Below, in pieces: positions 1-14,700 of a stretch of 64,000 nt of DNA. Origin of the DNA: the human T2T-CHM13v2.0 reference genome, Homo sapiens. Numbering within the stretch: position 1 is the stretch's first letter; the number at the start of each line of letters is the position of its first letter. The position numbers and the translations under genes are program-made. The notes beneath the pieces are model-generated. The model saw only the letters and a list, made by a program, of their open reading frames with translations. It was not told the origin of the DNA and searched no databases. The stretch lies in NCBI RefSeq assembly GCF_009914755.1, contig NC_060927.1; one strand, written 5' to 3'.

Positions 1-216
1 CCTACATATTTCTCCCACTTTGGATGCTTCCTGCCCTTGAACATTGGACTCCAGTTTCTTCTGCTTTGGGACTCTGACTGGTTTCCTTGCCCCTCAGCTT
101 GCAGAGGGCCTATTGTGGGACCTTGTGATCATGTGAGTTGATACTACCTAATAAACTCCCTTTTATATGTATAGATCCAATTAGTTCTGTCCCTTCAGAG
201 AACCCTGACTAATACA
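1..216 (+). mobile_element. MLT2A-like (ERVL/HERV-L) LTR, 3' part (5' part outside window)
   Basis: Diagnostic CCTCAGCTTGCAGA.GGCCTATTGTGGGACCTTGTGATCAT-GTGAGT, AATAAA at ~150, and terminal GAGAACCCTGACTAATACA. Confidence 0.9.
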
Positions 217-2410
217 ACATTGAAATCATGTTTCATTTTCATTGATTGTTCATGGAATTCATGGAAATGCCTTGGACATTTTGAATCAAAAACATTCTGA
301 TCAAAATAGACCCGTAGGGTACTATAATGAACACTGGGATCTTGTGTCTAAAGGACTGTCACCTTTTATAACAGCAATAACTGCTACTTCCCTGTTAATA
401 AGAGCAACCAAATGATAGGATCTCTCATCACTATTTTAGTCTGCATTCTGTGGAAGTGCTTCTAAACTTGTACCACACTCAAACTTATTCAGTTAGTAAA
501 CTAGTTTCTTATGATGTTCTTCCTTCTGCTCCCCATTTTACTATCTCCAGATGAAATAATCTAAATTCTGTCACTCTTCTGTCCCTGCCTTCAGAAGAAA
601 TGCCATATAATTGTATAATCTTAACCAACCAGCTTCTCTCTCCTAGAATAAACCTGTAAGAAGCCTCCCTTGCTAATTCTGATGTTACTTGGTATATAGA
701 TGGATTTTACTTAAAGGACAAATGTGAAATTTATCACTCAGGTTATGCTATAGCATCCTTGACCGAAGAAATAGAACATTCTTATCTTTCAGGATTGACC
801 AGAACTCAACGAGCAAAATTAATAGCATTAGTTGGAGCCTGCAAATTTTTAAAAAGAGTAACTTCTCATATTTATACACATAGCAGATACAGTTTTTGGG
901 TAGTTCATGACTCTGAAATGCTTTGGAAATAAATAGAATTTTTAACTTATTGTAGTCAGTCCATAAAAATGAATACATTGTTGCAGAATTACTGGAATTA
1001 TTGGAAGCCATACTATTAACCAAATCATTAGATATTATCAAGATCCCAAGCCATTCAAAGTCAGACACTCCAAAAAGCAAGGGAAATTAATTAGAAGATA
1101 GTACAGCAAAAAGAGTGCCCTTAATGTATTAGAACAAGAAAACCAACCCATTTTATCTTTTTAGAAAGCACTTGATTTTGATACAATAATTTCAAAAATT
1201 CCAACAATTAACACAATCAAAAGTTCCAAAAACAGAACAAGAAAATTGGGAAACAAAAGGGCGGATGTATTCCTCCACAACTGAGATATGGTATGGACCA
1301 AACAGTTTATTACACTTCCAACCAAATTACAGTCATCTTTCTCAAGTTACATATTTCCATGATTAAACCCAGTGGGGCCCCAGAAAGATGGTTTGTTGGG
1401 GGAAAACGATATTAATAGGAACATTCTCCAGTGGTTGTTCATAAGATGTTGCTATATCTCCATAAAACATAATCCAAGATAAACTTTACACAGTTCTCAA
1501 GGTAATTTTTCTTTACCAGAAGGCCCTTTCAAGGGATGACCACTAAATTTTATTTGGCTACCACTATCACAAGAATACAAGTACGTTCTAATGATGACTT
1601 GTATGCTTTCTCATTGAGTAGAAGCACTTCTATGTAGAAGAGAAACAGCCTTAGCAGTAAGTAAAATTCTCTTAGAAGAATTATTGCAACTTGTGGAGTT
1701 CCCTTAGTACTTCATAGTGACAGAGTCACTCATTTTACTGGACAAATAATGCAGTCAGTATGTAAAATTTGGCCTATTCTCCAACATTTCCAGTGTGCCT
1801 GTCATGCCCAGTCACTATCATTCTGTTAGTGGAATGCACAAACAGAATCATCAAAACTTAATTGGCAAAATTAACTGAGGTTTTAAAAATTCCTTGGCTG
1901 CAAGCTCTTCCATTTGTTTCATTTGACCTAAGATCAACCCCTTTTTGTAAATACCAACTGTCTTCATTTGAAATCCTAACAAGCACACCTATACAACTGT
2001 CTCCAGAAAATTGTCAATCTATGATATTAAAAGGGAATATGTTGTATTATTGCAGCAGCCTTATGAGGCAGCTAACACAAAACTGTATTTCAGAAGACTC
2101 TTTCCATGGTGAGTGCCCATGATATGAAATCTCAAGTACCACAGAATTCAACCAGGAGGTTTTGTCTATTAGAAATGATATCTTTTAAAAGATTCTCTTC
2201 AACCAAGGTAGAAAGGACCTTATCAGGTGTTCCTAACCAACCCCCGTGCTGCTAAGCAAAAAAAAAAAAAAGAAAGAAAAAAATCAATTTCTGGATTCAT
2301 ATCACGAATTTAAAGACAACTGCTTTGCCAATTTGGACTTCATCTCATACCAGTGATCTAAAATTGAAATTTGTCAAAACCAGCAAGAATGAGAAAAAGA
2401 CATCTGTGAT
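217..2410 (+). pseudogene. pol: Decayed class I (gamma-like) ERV pol: RT connection, RNase H, integrase
   Basis: Translated fragments NALDILNQKHSDQNRPVGYY, TWYIDG..SGYA, QRAKLIAL, HIYTHSRY (RNase H, ~687-930), YKYVLM..VEA, LHSDRVTHFTGQ (integrase core), KGPYQVFLTNP; many stops and frameshifts. Confidence 0.88.
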
Positions 2411-2474
2411 AGCTTTCCCAAGATACCAGACCAGTCCATTGATTACCAATGAATATTGGTAATCATTCATAGAT

Positions 2475-3795
2475 GGAAAATGTCTTTCTTTGCAAGTTAC
2501 CACTAAATTTTTTTTCATCCCTAGTTCTTATGTTTTGTTGCTACTATCATTAGCTGCTGACCATGAAGAAAACATCTTCTTGCAATGAGCTCAGGACTAT
2601 GCTAATAGATTATAGAAAAACACTTATTGTGTATGTGGTCTCATGCTCTTTCCAATGATCTTCTTTCCAAGGACAAAATCTTGTCCTTAGAAAGGAAATA
2701 TATATATTTGTGTTTTCAAGAACAATCATTAGTGCTTAATACTAGTAAGAGTAAGTATAATGTACATTACTGGCCTATTAATAAAACTTTACAAAGTAAA
2801 GGACATGAAAAGAACTACTTTTTGGTAAATAAAATAAACATTTTAGCCTTAATGCTGGCACTGCCCCAAGTGAAAGATAAGACAACTCAATTACGGGATG
2901 TATGGCATAAATTTGGAATGGTTTTTGTCTGGTTTACTTCCTCTTTGTTTAGCTTAGTCAGCTTGCATTTTTATGTTGGAAACAAAACAATCACACAAAA
3001 GATACGTGCCCCAAGAGCACTAGAAATATGGGTTGGATATCCAAGGAATAGTGTATCCACATAATAATTGGCAAGCCACTCAATGGTCACTGCAACCAGA
3101 TATTTATTGGCTAGCTCTGAATTGAATGTCTTGTCTATGGTCATGTTTACTGCTAGACTAGACCCTTGTTCTTTGGGTTATGACTGAGCACAAAGTCAGA
3201 TAGTTAAAACCCTCTCAAAGCCTGCATATTTTCCTCATTTACAATCTCGTCGGGTTAGTTCTGTATTGTATTGGTGTGATGATTTAGCTTCCATCTTTCT
3301 GCCACAGCTAAGGATGGAAGAAGTCATTCAGCATGTAGAAGCCATAATGAATTACATACAAAAAAGGCCTTAAATGATATCTCCATGAATATCTAGTTCT
3401 TAAGTAATGAAGTTGCTGTTATGAGAAATGCAGTATTACAGAACTGCATGGCTTTAGACATTCTCACTGCAGCCCAAGTGAGGACCTGCAGTATAGTAAA
3501 AGCTGAGTGTTGTTTCTATATCCCAGATGAATCAGAAAACATCACTTTATTAATAGCTAATATGAAAACCCAAATAACTAAACTTTCAGATCCTATCTCC
3601 TCTCTAAACGAATGGCTAGGCAGCTGGTTTGAATCTTGGGGGACTTAGTGGTAGACACTGGCACTCACTGGAGAAAGCACTTGTGTCTTGTCCTGTTTTT
3701 GTCTTTACTGCTGCTGTGATATTTGTTTGCAATGGAGTCAATACACAACCGAAAACAAAACTAAAATAATGGTTGCTCAAAAATTGTATTAATTG
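2475..3795 (+). pseudogene. env: Decayed ERV env (SU-TM)
   Basis: Hydrophobic signal-like segment ~2520-2560, YCVCG (CWVC-like) ~2625; ORF 3421-3648 has ISD LQNCMALDILTAAQ and C-X6-CC (CSIVKAECC); stops and frameshifts elsewhere. Confidence 0.88.
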
Positions 3796-4033
3796 AAGAT
3801 GAAGCCATGTTGCCTGACTGAAACCACAAAATCATTTCCTTCATGTTGCTTTAAATTTGGCTATAGCCCATCAGCTTTATAGCCTTAAAATGCATCTCTG
3901 CTGTGGCACATGATACTCTAGGAATAAGCCTTCCTGGTGATAGCGGACTAAACTCTAGAACATAAAATGAGTCAAAATCATTTGAGTTCATCTATGATGG
4001 TTTCTTTGAAAGATCTTGATGAAAAAGGGGAAA

Positions 4034-4810
4034 TATGAAGTTAAACAACTGAAACTCAAAGCTCTTAAAACCTTAAATTACTCTAAGCCTTCAGAGGAAT
4101 GTGGCTATGTGGTCTGAGTCCTGTGCATGCAGCTGCAGCTTCTGCCTTTTTGTTTGTTTTCTCTGTAAATAGTTAAGAAGACCAAGTATTTCCAGAGATA
4201 AGACTCCTTTAGGTCATTACACCTTTTAATAGAGTAATCATCTTCCTCAGAATGTAGCAATCTGTAACCAATCAAATCACTGTAATATGCGCACTTGTCT
4301 TCTATGGAAAATGCTGCAATACCAGTAAAACTTCTGTATTTCTGCCTGTAAAAGTGAAACTTTAACGTTTCCACTTCGGAGCACTGACCCCATTGATTTG
4401 GAGTTGCTGTCTTCCAGATAGCTGTCCTCAAGCTTTGTGGGCAAATAAGCTCTATACTTAATTATATTTTTATATTTTCTTTCTTTTTTTTGAGACGGAG
4501 TCTCACTCTGTCGCCCTGGCTGGAGTGCAGTGGTGTGATCTCGGCTCACTGCAATCTCTGCCTCCTGGGTTCAAGTGATTTTCCTGCCTCAGCCTCCTGA
4601 GTAGCTGGGATTACAGACACTGGCCACCACGTCCAGCTAATTTTTGAATTTTTAGTAGAGCCGATGTTTTGCTATGTTGGCCAGGCTGGTCTTGAACTCC
4701 CGACCAAGCTGATGCGCCCTCCTTGGCCTCCCAAAGGCTGGGATTACAGGCCTGAGCCATCGCTCCCGGCCTTAATTATATTTTCTGCATCTTGTTATTT
4801 AAGGTTAATT
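4034..4810 (+). mobile_element. 3' LTR of the ERV1 provirus (MER4-group, LTR54/MER84-like; family tentative), split by an Alu
   Basis: Preceded by polypurine tract GAAAAAGGGGAAA (4021-4033); CCAAT ~4269, degenerate polyA signal ~4444; resumes after the Alu and ends ...TATTTAAGGTT. Confidence 0.75.
4471..4771 (-). mobile_element. AluS inserted in the ERV LTR
   Basis: Full dimer; TSD TTAATTATATTTT at 4458-4470 and 4772-4784. Confidence 0.95.
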
Positions 4811-5214
4811 TGACTATACTACCTTGGGCAAGTTATTCACCTGTAAAATGATAACTTCTTTCATTCCTTCTTTCCATCTAAAAATATTTATAAAACACTA
4901 TAAGATGGGAGAATCAGATTCTATAAAACATCTTACAATGGTTTTCATTATTTCATTTCTTTGAATTTAGTTTGCCTGTAGTTTTCCTACAGAATTTTCT
5001 TTACTGTATATTTCATTATAGTTGTCTGTACTTTCTTAGTCTTCATATTTATATGGCATCTGTTAGAGTATTTGTGCTTAAGAGTTTAGTTATATCTTGT
5101 CATAGCTTATCTTTCTTCAAGGCTTTTACAGGCTTAAAAATGGAGGCTCAATTGAAAAATAAGAATAATGCATATTATTGTATATAGTATTTAACAAGAG
5201 CAATTAAATATTGT

Positions 5215-5262
5215 CTCTCTTTCGCTCTCTCTCCCTGTCTCTCTCTCTCTCACACACACACA
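5215..5262. repeat. (CT)n(CA)n compound microsatellite
   Basis: Direct inspection. Confidence 0.85.
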
Positions 5263-5897
5263 TATAAAAATTAAGGCTTACTAGAGTCGATAACTTTTCT
5301 TCCTTTATGTTACAATCAAATACTCACTGTTGTTTTAATTCTTATTCCTAACTCTTTTTACATATACTTACATGCAGTAAAAACAGAAACATTGTCTTTT
5401 ACGTGCCCTACATTTGACCTGCCTTCCTTTATGCCATGCATTAAAAGGATAACAGCGTCCTAAGTTCTAAGAATGCAACAGTGCATATCACGGAAAAATA
5501 AATTCTTAACCTTATTTTAATTCCGATTTCATTTTAAGTTCTATTATTATTCACATGTATCAGAGTCAGGGAATAGGTGAGACTTCAATAAAATCCATCG
5601 AGTGCATATATGGGAAAAGAGTTGTAGAATATTATAGTTCCAATTTAGTTTAGACATAGGACTAGTTCTTTGCAAATAGAATTTTAATTATGATAATCAA
5701 CATTAGGTGTCTAATTAGAAAACGTTAGTCAAGTCTATATCTGTGTCAATCTTTAGTTTATCAATTTGACCAACTGCGGGGGAAAAGTTTAGCTTCAGCG
5801 GGATTAGTCTTTGCTGAAGAAATACATCGGGGAAACAGTTGCTTCTGTGAATTTGTACTACATAAGCAGGTTTTTTCCTAGAGGCTTTAAGTCTTTG

Positions 5898-6328
5898 GTA
5901 TCAATTTCTTATACCCGCTGTAACAAATTAACACAAGCATAGTGGCTTAAAGCAATAGGTATTTATTATTGTACTGTTCTGAATATCAGAAGTCCAAAAC
6001 TGGTATGAATCAACTAAAATCAAGATATCAGCAGGGCTACATGTCTTTCTGGATGCAAATAGCCAACCAAGTTTTCTTCACATCCCACACTCTGACTCTC
6101 TTCTGCTTCCCTATTTTGCATTTAAGGAACCATTGTGATTGCATTGTATCTATCTGGATGATCCAGAATAATCTATTTTATTTTAAGGCTAGTTAATTAG
6201 CAAACAATTCGATCTGAAACCTTTTAAATTCTTAATTGTCCCTTGTCACGTAACCTAACACATGCACAGGATCTGGAGCTTTTGGGCGTCGGCATTTTTT
6301 GAGGGAGATCATTATTCTTCCTGCTACG
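5898..6328 (-). mobile_element. MLT1 (MaLR) solo LTR, MLT1C/D-like
   Basis: GCTGTAACAAATTA..AGTGGCTTAAAGCAA..AGAAGTCC is the reverse complement of the MLT1 3' end. Confidence 0.75.
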
Positions 6329-6986
6329 TTCTCAGCTATCCCCAACACTAGGTGGATACTTACTGTCTGAAGAAATCCCGGGTTTTCTTCAGGGAACTAA
6401 TCCTTTTCAAACAAACAGTTCTGGGAGTAGAAGTGAGAGGTGTGCTTATTGTTGTACAAAACGGGAATAATTTTCCTCCTCCTGGAAAGACTGATAAATT
6501 ATCTTCATTTGATAGGTAAAGAATGACTAGTTTTAACCTAGAAGGTCTGAATTTATTACACAGTTGACACAATGGTATTGGCTCTGCTGAATGAAGGGCA
6601 ATTATTGTTTACTTTGCAATATATTAGTGTTCATTTTTCTTAATTCTTTTCTGCTTTGGGATGTGACTAGAATTCCTACGAACTTGAATTCTCATAGACA
6701 GTGTAAAATTCCTAAGTCTTGATTGCCATATCATTTTATTTTTGCCCCTTTACTTTTGTTCTTACCATACCTTAAAGATTCACGTGAATCCCATACACAA
6801 CACTTCTGATATTTCTTCCTTTCTTTATTTTTATTTTGGAGATAGTTGTTAACAAAAGGGAAACAAATACAAGTGTTTCTCTTTTGTTTTCCTAAAAAGG
6901 AAAACAACAACAAAAAAATAAAGTTAGGGGAATGCTGCTACAAGCTGTGAAAACCAAGAGGTATCTTAGTTTAAAAATGATCTATT

Positions 6987-7307
<321 letters not shown>

Positions 7308-10300
7308 CTATAACTATCTTTTAAAAACTTGTTTCTTAGATTAAAAATTGAAGTCTTGATAGGTTAAATGTCATGTTCAAGTTTACATGGCAAAGTAGGA
7401 CCCAAATGTGACTTAGAATTCGGGGTTCTTAATAATATTCTGCACTCATCTCGACAAAATAGTGAAGTAACATATTAAACAGCGGTTATGGGAAGAAGTG
7501 TGGCTAAAGCCTTTATGGTTCACAACAGTCAATGAAATTCCAGTAGCATTGTTCCAAATTGGACAAATACCATATGAATCTGCCTGCACTTGATAAATAT
7601 TACCATTTTGACATGATTCCTTTAATGGTAGTTTCACAAGCTATTAATGGTTGTGGTTGAAAGAACATACCTCACACAGTCTGATGTGTCATAATTCATG
7701 CTATAGTCACTGTTTTTTTCTTCTAGGTTGATGGCCTCTTTTTGACTGTAAGTATAGCCTGTCTCCCTATTCTAACCTTACATTTAGTATATCACACTGC
7801 ATGATATGATTACACAACACTGAAAGCCTGCAGTTATAAATGCCACTTCTATAATTATATAACCTGTGCTATAGCTTTGCTATATACAGAAAAGATGCAG
7901 AAGCAGAAACAGTTGAACCTTTGTAAGACATGCAGTGAATGTTCTTTTCTAGTATTATTGATTTGACATAAAACGTGGAAATTTATGAAACTGGAGTTGC
8001 AAAATCAAAACTGGAAGGCAGAAGTTTGTCAAATATGTAATTTTCATGAAAATGTTAATTATCTCCTAAGAATATAATGGATTAAAATAATTACATTCTG
8101 GTCTGACAAGGACTTAACCCAACTCCAGAGTGAATCCATAATTGTAAATTTGTTATTTGGCATACAGATGATGAGTTATTTACATTATACATAACATGCT
8201 AACAATGATATCTACCACTTAAATCATACTAAAGTACAGCTTTATCAGTTTTCATTCTCAAAACCATACACAGTAATAACAAATTCATATTTATGTGCTG
8301 AAGATTAGTGCCATCCCACCTCTCTTGAAAAATTATTCTTTTAATATTTTTGTTAGTGTTTGTTCACATGTATACTTTTTTATTATTTAGTGATATTAAA
8401 CATCATTCGTGTTATGTTTTTAACAAAAACTTAACAAACCTAAATTTCTCTCTGATGGCTACTCTATAATTTACTAAATCATTTCCCATTAATTATATAT
8501 TTATTTAATCTTCAGTTTTTTACTGATATAAATAATTCTGTACTGAATATTTTTATTATTAAAAGTGGCCTGTTTATGTAAATTAATAATTACTTATGAT
8601 GTATTTTCAGAAAGCAAATTGCTGAGTAAAAGAACATGACATTTTTAGTACCTTTTGATTCAAGTTTAGATATTGATTTTCTCTTAGTTTTTGACAAAAG
8701 TTTCACTCACGTTCTGTTATTCACGATTAAAGATTAGTGTAACATTAAATTTTAAGAAGAAAAAATATGAGCATTTTCTGTTTATACTCTAAGATTGGAA
8801 ACAATATTTATGGATTATAAGTGTAACTGTAGGAATAGTAACTTTAGGATTAGAACACAGAACACAATATCAGCTTATCCACATGTAAGTAGTTTTATTT
8901 TTTCTTAAAGTGTTTATAAGCAATACATATTTTATATCACAGGAATCCTCATTGTAGAATGTCATTAAAAAGTTATTATAAATATACTATAAAATATTCA
9001 GAAAAAATGACCAAGAAATCACAGACTTGTTAAATATTAGAACTAATTATCAAGATCTTAAAAGCAAATGAAAATTTCAGTGAATTTATGAAATTAAGCA
9101 GTTTAGTACCTGATCATTCCACTGCTGGAAAAAACAGGAAGAAAATTAATCAACTTTTGTATGTTCTAGGGAAACCAGGATGTATTTTCACAGTGTTTTA
9201 CATGATTCTAGAATGTAAATATAGGGATCTTTTTTATGGGTAATAAAGATTGTTGATGTTTTTTATTCTTTTTCCCCAATTTTAAAGGCTGATCATCAAA
9301 GCAGGTTATATAAATTAACATAAAAATCACCATGGGAACTAGTGATACTGTGTGGCTATTTATATATGTCTCTAATTTTACTTGGATAATTTCCCTAACA
9401 CTTTTTTTTTCTACTGAATAAATAGCAAGCCCCTTCCAGAGCCTTAAACATTAGACAAGCCTTAAAACAATTGGTGGATTTTCATATTTAACATCAGTAA
9501 GATTGCCAATCTATATTTTTTTATTTAAATAGATAAATCCTGAGCTAATTACTATTTATTTACATGTGTATATTTTGTCCTATTTCAAAGAAGATTCTGA
9601 GTGATTCCCTGTCACTTATTGGCAAAGCCAAGAAAAGTTTTCTAGCTTACCTGGAATATTCAAATTCTCTCAGAGGAAATAAAAATAACAAGTCTTAAGA
9701 TCATGATTAATGGTGAGAATATAAGGATGCCTCTAAATTGAACTAACTTCCTCTTTGCTTGTTCACTGCTTTTTTCTTAGCATTTACCAGTACCAGCTTT
9801 TAAAAATCAATTGTACAGGAATAGTTGGTCATTTTAGCCTTAATTATTTAGGCTAATTCCAAAACACATCCATCTGAAAATATATCAGTTTTACACAGTG
9901 AGAGGACAGAGTGTTTGGGGTTTCTGTCTGAAAGTTTTTGGCATATATCAGTCGATGTTGTCTACTCCTTTGTCAACATCCCTAGGTCCTATAGCTTGTA
10001 GCTTTTAGCCTTACATTTTTTATCTTTTCTTTATCCTTCCCTAATTCTCACAGTTTCTCCTACTCTCTCTCCTGCTTTTGGGAAACTATTTTAAAGAAGT
10101 TGAGCCTGAGAAGGATTTAAAGTCTAGATTCTGGAAACTTTGGAGATAAGAGAAAAGCTCATGTATGATTGGCAATCTGTGATGGACGGCAAGGAGTGGA
10201 CGTACTCAATACTTACTACTGAAAAATTAGATTCATTAAAAAAAGAGAGTCTTTTGCATTTTGGCAGGAGCTATTTATTTTACATTTGGTTTTGCTGTAT

Positions 10301-11596
10301 TCATGCCATAGCATTCAAGGCATTCACTGACCCACGTGCTTACTTTGTCTGTCTGCTGAGATGAAAAGCCAATGCAGCGACAAACATATTTTTAGGAAAA
10401 GGTGTCAGACATCTTTTTTTTCATCTCAAAAGCTTATCTATTTTCTATCATAATTAAATAAAAACCAGAAAAAAATGAAAGAATAAGTAGTAGAATCAGG
10501 ATCAAAATAATTTATGTGTAATTGTCCTACTAATATAGCAAGATACATAGACTAAAGTAAAATTTTTTTAAAAAGCAGACTAAATTGTTGTGATGTTGTT
10601 AGCATATTCTTTTCAAACTGTATATTAAGAATGGACTTAAGTATAAAGTAATATAGTTTTAAAAAGCCTTTAAATTAATATATTTTTTGTATTGAACTTA
10701 TTATATACCTAGTGCCATTTTGATGTTTGGCCTTTGGAATCTAGGTGCCCCATGAATGTAAGATTTTTACCTGCTGAAAATGACTAATCAGGTTTATAAG
10801 TCTTCATTCTGTTAGAGTTCAAGAAAAGTGTTTTGGTTACATGAATTCACAAATTGAATTGATTATCTAAAAGGTTTTTCTTATAAGCCCATTTTATGAG
10901 TTCAAACAATAAATGCATATACTGTTTATGTAATTCTCATCTATTCACTAGGGCTTGTGCATGTGATTTGAACATATTTTTAGCAATTTTCTGAGCCTTT
11001 CCAATTATTGATTTGCCATTATATACACTGCAGAAACATTTCATTACCCAAGTATTCTGTTTAACTAACTATATGAGGCTATTCCATTGTCATAGCTGGA
11101 AAACAATTTACTCTAAGGCCACATAAATCTGGGTTCAAATCACAACTATACCCCTTATTAATTCTATAATTTTATACAAATTGCATAACATCTTTTTAGC
11201 CTTTTAATTCTCATAAACAGTAGTGAAAAAAATACTTAGTATATTTTATGGTCTATGTAAATAAATAAAATAATTCTCAATTAAATTAGATTTTTTTAAA
11301 TGTTTCAATATAACGGTTATCACATTCTGTAAACAAACCAGATTAAGTCAGATAGTATTTTCTAAGTGGGAGTTTTCTAATCTAGAAGCTCCTCTCTGTA
11401 GACCTGGGTAGCATCTGTCTTTTATTCCCTATGAGTTTTATACTGTCTTTACACTACATTGCCTGGGTGAGTGAAAAAGTGACTGCCCATAATACATTCT
11501 TTTGCCAAGGTTTGTGTTTTCTCAGAAATGCTACCATCAATTGATCCATCATCATTAGTTCTATAATGACCAGCATTGATCACAGCCCCACAAGAA

Positions 11597-11740
11597 TTCA
11601 AGTGGTAACAAGCTTCCTTCTTAGTTAAAGGTTTTTGAATTTCCCATATCTTCACAAGGAATTTGATTCAGGTGATAACGAGCTTGCTTCTTAGTTAAAG
11701 GATTTTGAATTTCCCATATCTTCACAAGGAATTTGGTTCA
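11597..11740. repeat. Tandem duplication, 70-bp unit x2
   Basis: AGCTT(C/G)CTTCTTAGTTAAAGG(T/A)TTTTGAATTTCCCATATCTTCACAAGGAATTTG begins at 11611 and 11681. Confidence 0.95.
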
Positions 11741-14700
11741 AATGAAAATATATTATAATGAAACTGTAATATATTTAAATATTAAGCATTTAGAATAGCA
11801 CTGAGAACAATGCTATACATGTACAAATTTGTAGACATTAAAAAGGACATGGAAATCAAATTTTCTTTGCCTTTGTATGGTTAAAATGAGTGACTCTTAG
11901 ACCATTTACAAACAGAAAATACAAATATTTTTGAGCCCTCTTCATAAAATAATTCTGAAAGATTTCACACAAGTAACTGGAACTATGGCTTAAATATAAA
12001 AAGCTGGTTTCATTTGTGGATTGTTTACTGTGCACTGAATCTGAAATAATTCATGGATTCAAAAGAAGACAGATAAATTTTGTATTAAAAACTGGTGGTA
12101 GAGCTTCAGTGAAGGGATTCAGAAGTTACTGAACAACAACAATGGACTTGATTTTCACGGCAGAAACAGGCTTCTGTATATTTGTAACTGAGTTAGTTTG
12201 AGGCCAGGTCCTGAAAGCCTATTTCAAATAAAGACTGTGTTATTAGATGACTCCTTGATAGAATTTCTATGTGAAGCTTTAGATCACAATTGAACAGGTT
12301 TGTAGTTTGACAGGTAACATATGATCCAACTAAATACACAGTCCTGATTCAGAGAGACTAGAAATATGCCTTTCTTTTTGGTGCTGTCGGTAACAAAATG
12401 AATTTGATAAAAAAAGAATCTGGGGAGAGAGCCTTGACAGTATCATTTCACATTTTTTTTTTTAACAACCTTTTTACATCTAATCTTTTGGCTATCTAAT
12501 GTCTCTAAAATTTTTGTTTGCTGCCAGTTTTTCATAGTGACACTCAACGAACATCCAGATATTTATTTGTTTTTGCTATACATAGTAAGGAAAACTTATA
12601 GTTCAACACTGATATGTTTGTAAATATTCAGCTAAGCTAATTTTGAACTTTCAGTGAAATATTAAATTCATATGCACTGTTTTCCAGTACTTTGCATTTA
12701 AGGACCTTTTAGAGCCAGACTTGGAGGTATGTAGAGGGACTAATTGTGGATTAACAAGGCCTGACAGCTTCTTTGCTATAAAACCCCTTTCCCAGAAGGG
12801 TTAAAAAAATTAAAAGTGATTGATTTAACCAAAATATCAGTTTCTTGATTAAATTAATTTTCTTTAAACATCTGTCAGATATGATTAGTTCTAGTAGGAC
12901 ATTTGTTGTGTGTGGTGATGTGGATGGAGACCTGACTTGGTGCAGGTGATGGTACCAGTAACTTCTATTATCTACCTGATAATAGGAGACAGAGCCTGTG
13001 TGGTTCAGGAACTCTGAAGCTATGCCAATAGTCCACATTTGCCCTCCCAAAAGCACCATTACTAGTAAGAAGCAAACGGAAGGGAAAGCAGAGCATTAAA
13101 AGAGTAGCCAGATCACCTTATGAAAAATGTGAGACTATGTTCCACATTTCAACTTTAATGAAACAGTAAATGTAATCACTTCAAGAGTGAAGTTACTGCC
13201 ACCATCAGTTAACTGATCAGTTTCAATAAGACATTGGGTCTCAATAAATTTGGAGGAAGCAGAGAAGGTAGTGTTGATAAAATGGCTGAAAATTCTAGAT
13301 GTAGATTTTAAAATATTTACATATACATGCACTCATACATATGTATTCATTTTTGACTTTGATTCCTTTTGGCATTCTTTACAATACAATTTCCATCTTT
13401 CTTTTTCTCTCAAATTATTCTGACTGGTATTACAAACTATCTTTTCTAAATCCAGTATGAATGTCTATCTGTAACCACAACTTAGGTGATTTATCTATTG
13501 GCTGATTTCTCCACTTATGATGCTTTACCCTTAATTCCTTCCCGGGAATTCATGATTCTATTTTCTCCTGATCCTTTGTATTTTTAATTTTACTACTGTT
13601 TGTGCTATTTTGTGCAAAATATTTTTATTCTTTCTTTTCTTAGTTACAGTTATCTGCAGAACTCACTTTTTGTTAAGCTTTATCTTGTTCTTTAAGAATC
13701 AATGCTCCATATCAATTATGACTTAGACATCAGTGTGTACCATATTTATTGTATGACTGTATACAAGGAATATGATTACTGCTATTGCTTCAAATAAGGA
13801 GTTAAATAGTGGCAAATACAAAAGTAACTAATAATGACAAGGTTACCATTAGGTTTGCACATGACATTATTTTGGATATAATTGTAAATAATATAAAAGT
13901 AAAAAGAATCTGAGTAAAACATCACAACCGTAGTTGGTCAAAACTAGAATTTTAACAACATAAGTAGAAGGCAATGTAAAATCAATAAATTTGACATCTG
14001 AATGAGAAAATGAAAGTTAGGTATACAATATGTCATTTAAAAAAACATAATTTAGTTCTGGTTACATTCTTTCTATTAGAAATTTCATTAAAATGTCTAG
14101 AAATCAAAATACAAAGATAAGTTAAATAAAAAACTGCAGTATCCATTCAGCTTCAAATACAAATTAGCAATTACTTCTTTTTTTTTGAAAAAAAGATATC
14201 TATATTTTCCAATATTTTAAGTAGTCAGACTTCAGGTAATCTATGTTACATTTGAAAAGATTGTATTGAAAATTAAACTCATAAAAATTACACATTTTTC
14301 TTATTCTTTTTTACCTTGGGCTCCAATTAACTTTAAAATTTTCTTTAAATTAAACATTTCTTCAAAAATGAATTCTACATGCTTCCACGTGGAAAGAACT
14401 AAAATTTGTTTTGTTTTCCAATACATTAATAAAATTTAACAGGAAGCACTAGTATGTTTGTTAATGACAAGAAGCTTGTTACAAAATCTCTTTAGTGTTA
14501 TTATTATATAGGTATCAGATCAATCTGTTTAAAAGTTTGAACCTAAGACTTCCTTTCATTGAGTCACATACTGAGAATTATTAGAAATTAAAACAACTCT
14601 TGGTGCCTCTGTGACATTAGAGATGTCATCTAACCTTCCAGAGGCTTAAATTTATTTCCATAAAATTAAAGTAAACTCAGATAATGTCCAAGATCCCATT

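Noticed and set aside
1-216. This MLT2 as the donor of the exon at 61802-61944
   Set aside because: Opposite strand, diverged sequence and no L1 downstream; used only as an internal reference for the splice donor
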